In this document: positions 34,890 through 44,854 of the stretch, one piece after another
How positions within the stretch are numbered: position 1 is the stretch's first letter
How the letters are laid out: each line of letters starts with the position of its first letter
Assembly (NCBI GenBank): GCA_002269645.1
Contig: NIVC01001762.1
Span: 62,001 to 126,000, forward strand
Length of the DNA stretch: 64,000 nt
Direction of reading: 5' to 3'
Source of the DNA: Macrostomum lignano
Lineage: Eukaryota
Notes under the pieces: generated by a model
What the model saw: the letters and a program-made list of their open reading frames with translations, nothing else
What the model was told of the DNA's origin: nothing
The model's database searches: none
Position numbers and translations under genes: made by a program

Positions 34890-37538
34890 TCAGTAGCGCT
34901 GATGAAACGTCGAACTGGATGTCGACGGAGGCATCGGCGGAGGCGGCGGGGGCGGCGGCAGCATGAAGCTGACCCCGGCGTGGCTGGTGAAGGGGTTCGG
35001 CGGAGCGAAGCTGGCGGGCAGCAGCAGGTCCGGCAGGTTGGCCTCGGACACCGCGGTCGACGCTGCTGACGGATGTGGTGATGAAGAACCGGCGAGAAAT
35101 GAAGAAGCCGAGGAGGCTGGGGCGACGGCGTGGGAGGCGGCGGCTGCGGATGGGGCGGCGGGCGGGGCGAACGGGTTGAAGCGGGGCGCCACCCAGCTGG
35201 CGGATGGCTGCAGGCCGCGGCTCCAGTCATCTTTGTAGACCTGCACTGTGAGGCCGGGCACCAGGTGGGCCAGCCGGTTGGTCACGTGGGCCAGCACAAG
35301 CTGTTCGGAGGCGTCGCGGCGGACTCGAACCTGGGACATTGGGATTAGAATTTACTCTGCTTTTAAAGATTTTTACGAACAGAAAATAGGCGAAAAATGG
35401 CAAAAATTTTCTGAAAAATGACAGTCACTAATTGGATACACTGTACCTATCTGTACACAGACATGAATAGAGTACACAGACCTGTACACAGACACGAATA
35501 GAGTACACAGATCTGTACACAGACGCGAATAGAGTACACAGACCTGTACACAGACACGAATAGAGTACACAGATCTGTACACAGACGCGAATAGAGTACA
35601 CAGACCTGTACACAGACACGAATAGAGTACACAGACCTGTACACAGACACGAATAGAGTACACAGATCTGTACACAGACGCGAATAGAGTACACAGACCT
35701 GTACACAGACACGAATAGAGTACACAGACCTGTACACAGACACGAATAAAATAAACAGACCTGTACACAGACACGAACAGAACACACAGACCTGTACACA
35801 GTCATGAATAAACTACACAGAATACATCAAATAGGCCTCACCTGCAGGCAGCCGTTGAGCTGTCCGAAGCCGGTCAGCCAGGTGCGCTCCTTGCGAAGCT
35901 CCAGCACCCCGTCAAGCGTGGCGGCCTCGCCGAGCGCCTTGTCCAGCTGGCCGACCAGGTGAGCCGGGGTGCTCTGCAGCAGAATCTTGCCGCAGTAGGC
36001 GGCCATTGGCGCCATGGTCACCACGACAACGAAGGCGGCCAGTACGGCCATTGTGATGTCGGCCAGCGAGGACTGGTAGGCGTCGAGTAGGCAGCTGGCC
36101 AGGAACAGGCACATGGCCGAGGACACCCCCAGCAGGGCCAGGGGGTTCAGCCTGGGCAGCAGCAGCTTGCTCAGGCCCGGCACGTGATGGCACAGGCTCT
36201 CGCTGATGTCAGTCACGTGCTCCTGCAGCCAGCTGGACGTGCTGGCGTCGATCACGTGATTGTAGGCCGGGTTCTCCACGCTGGAGTGGGGGGGGGGAAC
36301 GGTTGGGCAATAAATGGAATCTGCGGCTGTGAAGGTATACGCAACTGTTACAGCCTTGTACACAGCCACAAACAGAAACCCACACACCTGTACACAGCCA
36401 CAAACAGAAATCCACACACCTGTACACAGCCACGAACAGAAACCCACACACCTGTACACAGCCACAAACAGAAACCCACACACCTGTACACAGCCACAAA
36501 CAGAAACCCACACACCTGTACACAGCCACAAACAGAAACCCACACACCTGTACACAGCCACAAACAGAAACCCACACACCTGTACACAGCCACAAACAGA
36601 AACCCACACACCTGTACACAGCCACAAACAGAAACCCACACACCTGTACACAGCCACAAACAGAAACCCACACACCTGTACACAGCCACAAACAGAAACC
36701 CACACACCTGTACACAGCCACAAACAGAAACCCACACACCTGTACATAGCCACAAACAGAAACCCACACACCTGTACACAGCCACAAACAGAAACCCACA
36801 CACCTGTACACAGCCACAAACAGAAACCCACACACCTGTACACAGCCACAAACAGAAACCCACACACCTGTACACAGCCACAAACAGAAACCCACACACC
36901 TGTACACAGCCACAAACAGAAACCCACACACCTGTACACAGCCACAAACAGAAACCCACACACTTGTACACAGCCACAAACAGAAACCCACACACCTGTA
37001 CACAGCCACAAACAGAAACCCACACACCTGTACACAGCCACAAACAGAAACCCACACACCTGTACACAGCCACTAGATGCACCACGAGTCCAACGAGGCC
37101 GCCAAGCGCCAGGCCGCTAGGCGTGACATCGGGCGGTTCGAAGGCCCGCTCCACGCACTCCTTCAGCACGAAGAACACGCCGAGGATGGCCAGCATCAGG
37201 GAGGCGAACACCGCCAGCACTTCGAATCGCTCGTAGCCGAACGTGTAGGCCAGACAGCGCTGGCGCCGCTCAACCCAGAGGCTGACCAGGGCGACGCCGA
37301 TGTAGCACAGGTCAAACAGCAGCAGGCAGGTGAAGGCGCCCAGGGTCATGCTCGGGTTCAGGTGGCCCCACACAGTCAGCAGGCACACGCTGATCAGCAG
37401 GAGGCCTCCAACGGCCAGGATTCGCTTGGCCCGCTTCTCCTCGGCCTGCAGCATGGCCAGCTGCACCGCCAGCTCCCTGACAAATGCCACTACATTGCTG
37501 TAGGCGTCCCTGAGCTCGTGCAGCAGCGCTAGAATTGC
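34890..37538 (-). CDS. SLC30A6: Zinc transporter ZnT6 (cation diffusion facilitator); exons 37538-37060, 36280-35842, 35330-34890; start-codon exon not located
   Basis: YTFGYERFEVLAVFAS, STSSWLQEHV, GKILLQSTPAHLVGQLDK, RRDASEQLVLAHVTNRL, TVQVYKDDW match SLC30A6 motifs; phases 2 and 0 consistent. Confidence 0.93.
35440..35820. repeat. 31-bp minisatellite TGTACACAGACACGAATAGAGTACACAGACC (ZnT6 intron)
   Basis: Direct reading. Confidence 0.93.
36355..37073. repeat. 32-bp minisatellite, about 22 copies, spanning the ZnT6 exon/intron junction
   Basis: Sense unit GTGGCTGTGTACAG|GTGTGTGGGTTTCTGTTT; the first copy is partly coding. Confidence 0.95.
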
Positions 37539-37619
37539 CTGCGCATAACAACGGCATAACAACGGCATAACAACGGAACGATTGGAGTAAAATGGAGTAG
37601 AAACAAAATTATAGTTTAG

Positions 37620-38270
37620 AATCAGCCTAGTAACGCCCTAGATGCAGCCTAGCAACCGCCTAAGACATCGCCTAGCAACAGCCTAGATACCACCTAGCAA
37701 CAGCCTAGTAGCGCCTGAGATACCGCCTGGCATCAGACTAGATACCGCCTGAGATACCGCCTGGCATCAGACTAGATACCGCCTGAGATACCGCCTGGCA
37801 TCAGACTAGATACCGCCTGAGATATCGCCTGGCATCAGACTAGATACCGCCTAGCAACAGCCTAGTAGCGCCTGAGATGCCTGGCATCAGACTAGATACC
37901 GCCTAGCAACAGCCTGAGATGCCTGGCATCAGACTAGATACCGCCTAGCAACAGCCTGAGATGCCTGGCATCAGACTAGATACCGCCTAGCAACAGCCTG
38001 AGATGCCTGGCATCAGACTAGATACCGCCTAGCAACAGCCTGAGATGCCTGGCATCAGACTAGATACCGCCTAGCAACAGCCTGAGATGCCTGGCATCAG
38101 ACTAGATACCGCCTAGCAACAGCCTGAGATACCGCCTGGCATCAGACTAGATACCTTCTAGCAACAGCCAAGATCTTGCCTAGCAACAGCCTAGTAACAC
38201 CTTAGATATGCCCTGGCAACAGCCTAGATACCGCCTAGCAACAGCCTAGATACCGCATAGCATCAGCTTT
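37620..38270. repeat. ~42-bp composite minisatellite GATACCGCCTAGCAACAGCCTGAGATGCCTGGCATCAGACTA
   Basis: Direct reading. Confidence 0.9.
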
Positions 38271-38907
38271 AGATACAAAAGATAAGCTAAAATACAAGAT
38301 ATACAAGTGAGACTAACAACCATCCGAGCAACATAGTTGCTAGCCTAGCAACCAACCCAGCAACAAAGAAGCCAAACAAACATTTTACACCAAAAAAAGC
38401 CTCAAACTGAAGAACTTGGAGGCAAGTTTAAAATGAAACAGTTTAATAGTCAAGATACTGCTGTCACACAAAAACTAATTCAATTGCCAATGCGGTTAAA
38501 TATGATTTGAAGTACCAAAAACAGCAGCAACACGAAAAACTCGTACAGGCGTGTCCGGAAAAAACCAGACAAAAGAAGAGCAAAAACAGAAAAACCAGCA
38601 AAAAACGATTTTTGAAACAGTGCAAGACGGGCTCAGCTCAGGCAGCTAATATCTACACTAATAGCGACACTCTAAGAATGTAACAACGAAGGTACAGAAC
38701 ACTATAAAAGTTAAGTTTGATTATAAAACAACAGTTTCAATTCACTGACTATTGGCACAACAGTGGCTTGTCAGTAGTATAGTAAAAAAATTGTAGACGA
38801 TAAAATTTTTGGCATTATTAATTCAACAACGCTTAGGATCAGGAATTATTGTTAGATATGAAAATTCTCTGCCGGCCACTGAGCTGGCTTCGGGCCGCAG
38901 CCAGCAC

Positions 38908-39690
38908 CGTGAATGAGTGAATGGGTGAATGAGTGAATGGGTGAATGAGTGAATGGGTGAATGAGTGAATGGGTGAATGAGTGAATGAGTGAATGAGTGA
39001 ATGGGTGAATGAGTGAATGAGTGAATGGGTGAATGAGTGAATGAGTGAATGGGTGTATGAGTGAATGAGTGAATGAGTGAATGAGTAAATGGGTGAATGA
39101 GTGAATGGGTGAATGAGTGAATGGGTGAATGAGTGAATGAGTGAATGAGTGAATGGGTGAATGAGTGAATGGGTGAATGAGTGAATGAGTGAATGAGTGA
39201 ATGGGTGAATGAGTGAATGAGTGAATGGGTGAATGAGTGAATGAGTGAATGGGTGAATGGGTGAATGAGTGAATGAGTGAATGAGTGAATGAGTGAATGG
39301 GTGAATGAGTGAATGAGTGAATGGGTGAATGAGTGAATGGGTGAATGAGTGAATGAGTGAATGAGTGAATGGGTGAATGAGTGAATGAGTGAATGGGTGA
39401 ATGAGTGAATGAGTGAATGGGTGAATGGGTGAATGAGTGAATGAGTGAATGAGTGAATGGGTGAATGAGTGAATGGGTGAATGAGTAAATGGGTGAATGA
39501 GTGAATGAGTGAATGAGTGAATGGGTGAATGAGTGAATGGGTGAATGGGTGAATGAGTGAATGAGTGAATGAGTGAATGAGTAAATGGGTGAATGAGTGA
39601 ATGGGTGAATGGGTGAATGAGTGAATGAGTAAATGAGTGAATGGGTGAATGGGTGAATGAGTGAATGGGTGAATGGGTGAATGAGTGAAG
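38908..39690. repeat. (TGAATGAG/TGAATGGG)n microsatellite
   Basis: Direct reading. Confidence 0.97.
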
Positions 39691-40747
39691 CAGATTGGAA
39701 ACAGGAATTTTAGGCACGGGTGTTTGTCACTGCTGCTGGAGCTGAGGGTTGGGTACGGGTGTCAGAGATGGGAGTCAGAGATGGGTGTCAGAGATCGGTG
39801 TCAGAGATGGGTGTCAGAGATCGGTGTCAGAGATGAGAGTCAGAGATGGGAGTCAGAGATGGGTGTCAACGCTTAATTTATCAAGCGTTGCCTTGTGCTG
39901 AGGAGCCGCTGAGGCCCGAGAATCAAGCAATATGCGCGCACCTTGGCATAGAAAACAACACGCAGGAATAAAAAGCATTTTACTAAAAAAGCGAAATCAG
40001 AAAAACATCACACAGCAAAACAAAAACAGTATGGAGATACAACAGAATTCATTATTTTTATCGCGAAAGATTAACAAACGATAATGATTAATTATTGTTT
40101 ATATGCAAAAAATTGGAAATTTTTTACAAATCAGGGTTGCGGTTGGGTCATTAGGTGGGTCATTGGGTGGGTTTTGAGTGGGTGATTGGGTGGGTCATTA
40201 GTGGGTCATTAGTTGGGTTATTAGGGTCAATGGGTGGGTTTGGAGTGGATGATTGGGTCGGATATTAGGGGGGGGGGGTTGATTGGGTGGGTCATTAGTG
40301 CGTGATGTCACCTAATAACGATGGGAATGTAGAATTTCAAGCCCATGCTACTAACAGTAGCTGGAATGAACTCGCACCGATTTGAATTCAGGTCACAGCT
40401 GTCACAGTTTTTCGGACTCGGGCAATGAATATGAATGAAACAGAGCTATAGAAACACAAATAACGACAGGTTGACAAGTTGAGTGGTAAAAACTGCCGAT
40501 GTTAAAAAGGCCAGCAAGTGCTTCTGTGGCCGCTAGCTTTAGGCGGGTTACAAAATTATGTAAAAACGAATGAATCTTGATTGTAATTAGCCGAGCTGTA
40601 CAGAAAAAACTACGGAAAAACCGATAAAAAATCCTCAGTTGACTACTGAGTCAGTAGAAATATCAGGGTATTGCTGGTAAAACTTGATAAATTTAGTCAC
40701 AAAATGACATAATCGCATTTTAGATAACGGAAGGACTCCGGCCAAGG

Positions 40748-42270
40748 TCATCGCTGTCCAGCCGGCTGGCGCTGCTGCTGAGCGATGGCCAGAGTGCGGG
40801 CGAACTCGCGCAACTCCTCCACGCAGTGCTGCCCAATGTCGCGCAGAGCTTCGCGCAGAGCGTCGCGCACCGGGCCTTCCAAGCTGGAATTCTTGCTAAC
40901 CAGCACTTTGGCCACCACAGCGAAGGTGTCGCAGTCCTGCCTGTAGGCTCGCTCCAATTCGGCCTTCTTGGCGCGCACCAGACGCAGGATGCCGTCGCCG
41001 GCATCGGCGCTAACGCCGTGATTGTCGGCGTCGCAAAACGGCGGCTGCGACATCTGCGGCAACGACGGCGGCTGAAGCGGCGTTGCCAAGGACGATGTCG
41101 AAGGCCGAGCCGATGTTGTTGGCGGCGGCGGCGACGGTGGAGGCGGAGGCGGCGGAGAAGACACGGGCGGCGGCGATGGCGGAGACCTCGGTCCCAGCCG
41201 CCGGGGCTCGACGCCGCCATTCGAATTGTCGATGCCGTTGTTTGCCGCTGATGCTGACGTCGCCGCGGCCTCCTCGTCCTCCTCTGGCGGGCTGCGCGGG
41301 CCCCGACGGGCGGCGCTTCGAGTGCTGCTGCTCCTGCTGGGGCTGCGGCTGCGGCTGGTCGGGCTGCGGCTGCGACTGCGGCGGCGCTGGCTGCCAGACC
41401 GACTGCGGTTCTGCTTAGCGGGTGAGGGGGATCGGAAGGCATGTGAGAGTCTTGTTGGATAGAGGTACACGAGGCACTGGATTACTTTGCAGTGGGCGCG
41501 TGTAGTGCAGCTGTAGATAGGAGAATGACAACAGGGAGGGACTGAGGTCACTGCTCAATTGTATTATAAGGAAAATGAGGAACAGGTGAGAGACAAGTGA
41601 AGGACAGGGGAGAGATAGACAAGAGACAGGTGAGGGACAGGAAAGAGACAGGTGAGGGACAGGAAAGAGACAGGTGAGGGACAGGCAAAAGACAGGCAAG
41701 GGATAGGCAAGGGACAGGCAAGGGACAGGCAAAAGACAGGTGAGGGACAGGCAAGAGACAGGTGAGGGACAGGCAAGAGACAGGTGAGGGACAGGAAAGA
41801 GACAGGTGAGACAATACAAGAGGCAAGGGTGGCTGAGGCCCCAAGCTGGAGTCGGCGCGCACCTGCTGTCCGAATCGCCAGCCAGGCGCGGGCGGCGGCG
41901 ACCGGGAGCCGGAGAGTCCGCGGCCCTCCTGCGCCCGCTGAACTCGAGCCCTCAGCTGCGGGTCGGCCCGGACCCGCTGCCGGGCGCGGATCATGTCCTT
42001 GAACCAGACTATGCTGACTTTGCAGCCGAGCAGGCCGGACTCATTGTACCGGCGCATGATCTGCTTGGCAACTTCGTGAGAATCGAATCGCAGGGCGATG
42101 TTCAGCGCAGCCTGGCTGCCCGTGTAGGAGAAAAAATCGATGGAACAGTCGGCCTCTTTGTCGATAAAGTAGCGACGAACTTCGTCGGCTTTGATGCGCG
42201 ACGGCAGGCCCCGGATGTACAGGCAGTGACGGGACGGCGCGACCAGCGCCGGGTCTACGGCGTCGTTCAT
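40748..42270 (-). CDS. PPHLN1: RRM + RS-rich + Periphilin-1 C-terminal domain protein; exons 42270-41863, 41410-40748
   Basis: C-terminus ELERAYRQDCDTFAVVAKVLVSKNSSLEGPVRDALREALRDIGQHCVEELREF resembles periphilin-1 (EIEQVYRQDCETFGMVVKML...IGERCVEEL). Exon 1 has RNP2-like LYIRGL and an RRM-like pattern. RS dipeptides in the linker; phase 0 intron. Confidence 0.8.
41590..41815. repeat. 22-bp minisatellite GAGACAGGTGAGGGACAGGAAA (periphilin-like intron)
   Basis: Direct reading. Confidence 0.9.
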
Positions 42271-42384
42271 GGCCAATGGCTGCTGGCTGCCTCTGGCACG
42301 GGCATGGGGTGGTTTGCAGCAATCAATAAAAGTACACTGATACCGTTATTATAAGCTGCTTCTCTTAAGTTTGTGTGCATTAAA

Positions 42385-42530
42385 CAAAAGTATTCGCGTA
42401 CTTAAAAAGTACTCGCACACTTAAAAGTATGCGCGCACTTAAAAAGTACTCGCGCACTTGAAAGTAGGCGCGCACTTAAAAAGTACTCGCGTACTTAGAA
42501 AGTACTCGCGCCCTTAAGAAGTACTCTCGT
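42385..42530. repeat. ~20-bp quasi-palindromic repeat AAGTACTCGCG(C/T)ACTTAAA
   Basis: About 7 copies. Confidence 0.85.
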
Positions 42531-42889
42531 AGTGGAAAAATCTTACGATAGAAAACATTTTTAATGCAAAAATTATCTTATAAAAAGTTCAAACATCTAT
42601 TAGTAATTTTCGTGCAGGTTAACTTTGTAAAGTACAAATGCACTATCGGAAGTTCCGAAGACTAAGTTACAAGTCTCTACTTATTCAATTACAGCAGTTT
42701 GCTATCTTGACAACCAAAACCTACTCAACATGAGCTAACTAAAAACATTAGTCTGGTTCTTATTAAAAACAGAAAATTAAGCAATAAAGTCAGCGATCCA
42801 GCTCTAATAATCGATAACTAACAATTTCCCGTCCCGTATAATATCGGTTAACAGGACAAACCGAAGTTCGGTGTCATTATTATTATTAT

Positions 42890-43482
42890 TATTATTGAAA
42901 TTTTTCAATTTCTATCAATCAACTATTCGGACAGATATAAGCTGCGATAAACCAGTTCGAATAAATGAAAATTCGGGATAAAAATATACTTCGAATATAA
43001 ATAGATAGAAGAGAATTAATTATACTGAGCTGAGCAATGAAGGCCTACGCAGTGATGGACTGGCCAAAAACTCAAAATACAAGGAAGCGATAAGATCTGT
43101 GTAACTGCGAGTCCAAGTTTGAGTAAGCCGGCAAACTGCTTCCATAATGCCGACTGAAGACTTGCTAGCAGAGATTATAATAATTATATTATTATAATTA
43201 TTATTGAAATTTTTCAATTTCTATCAATCAACTATTCGGACAGATATAAGCTGCGATAAACCAGTTCGAATAAATGAAAATTCGGGATAAAAATATACTT
43301 CGAATATAAATAGATAGAAGAGAATTAATTATACTGAGCTGAGCAATGAAGGCTTACGCAGTGATGGACTGGCCAAAAACTCAAAATACAAGGAAGCGAT
43401 AAGATCTGTGTAACTGCGAGTCCAAGTTTGAGTAAGCCGGCAAACTGCTTCCATAATGCCGACTGAAGACTTGCTAGCAGAG
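42890..43482. repeat. Tandem duplication of ~309 bp of unique AT-rich sequence
   Basis: TTATTGAAATTTTTCAATTTC...GACTTGCTAGCAGAGA occurs at 42892 and 43201. Confidence 0.93.
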
Positions 43483-43494
43483 ACTTGCTAGCTA

Positions 43495-43504
43495 GCACAG
43501 ACAC

Positions 43505-43589
<85 letters not shown>

Positions 43590-43610
43590 TACAGACAGAC
43601 ATACAGACAC

Positions 43611-43647
<37 letters not shown>

Positions 43648-43702
43648 AAGACAGACAGACAGACAGAAAGACAGACAGGCAGAGACAGACAGACAGACAG
43701 AC

Positions 43703-43775
<73 letters not shown>

Positions 43776-43790
43776 CTAAGACAGACAGAC

Positions 43791-43855
<65 letters not shown>

Positions 43856-43924
43856 TACAGACACACAGACACACAGACAGACAGACAGACAGACAGACAC
43901 ACAGACAGACAGACATACAGACAC

Positions 43925-43968
<44 letters not shown>
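43495..43968. repeat. (CAGA)n microsatellite
   Basis: Direct reading. Confidence 0.97.
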
Positions 43969-43969
<1 letters not shown>

Positions 43970-44444
43970 AATACAAGCATAACAATAGATTACGCCCACA
44001 GCTATCAGAAACAAAATCGCGCCAGTGGACAGCATGAGATGCCGTTGGAGATTTGATGAAAAAGGTTGGTATGAATCAGCACAGACTAGATTAGTGAGAG
44101 CGGGCAGTCCAACATGTACAGCGCTGATTTAGCCTATCAGAGTAAACAGATTCCAAAGTCGAAAGGCAAAGAAATTAAACGTAAAAAACTGCAATAGGGA
44201 AGAAATTTGCTTGCAAAAAGAGCAAAGGAAAAAAATTACCAGACAAATTTAGTAGAGCCGGAGTAGATTGGGTGACATTGCTCATTGAATCGTAATTAAG
44301 CATTCGAGCAAATGATTGGCAAGTGAAGAATGTCATAATCATATTAATATTTAATATATGTATATATACTGAATACACTCGAAAGCTGAAAGCAAAAAAA
44401 TTGAATCAAAAAACGTAATTTTTAAAAGATGTGAAAACTCTTTT

Positions 44445-44848
44445 TTACCCTACTATCAGTAGGCAACCCGTGAGTCTTTAAATTAAATAATTCCGCATCC
44501 TCTTCACCCTACTATCAGTAGGCAACCAGTGAGTTTTAAATAAAATAATTCCGCATCCTCCTCACTCTACTATCAATAGGCAACCAGCGAGTTTTTAAAT
44601 TAAATAATTCCATGTCCTCTTCATCACTCTACTAACAGTAGGCAACCAGCGAGTTTTCAAATTAAATAATTCCATGTCCTCTTCATCACTCTACTAACAG
44701 TAGGCAACCAGCGAGTTTTCAAGTTAAATAATTCCATGTCCTCTTCATCACTCTACTAACAGTAGGCAGCAAGCGAGTTCTCAAATTAAATAATTCCATG
44801 TCCTCTTCATCACTCTACTAACAGTAGGCAACCAGCGAGTTTTCAAAT
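44445..44848. repeat. ~61-bp tandem repeat immediately 3' of the NHE stop codon
   Basis: CTACTA(T/A)CAGTAGGCAACCAGCGAGTTTT...TCCTCTTCATCACT, about 7 copies. Confidence 0.9.
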
Positions 44849-44854
44849 CGGTTT

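Noticed and set aside
37538-37568. ATG at 37568 as the ZnT6 start
   Set aside because: It lies in a short TTATGCCGTTG repeat just before a CAG acceptor, so it is more likely intronic; the true first exon was not found.
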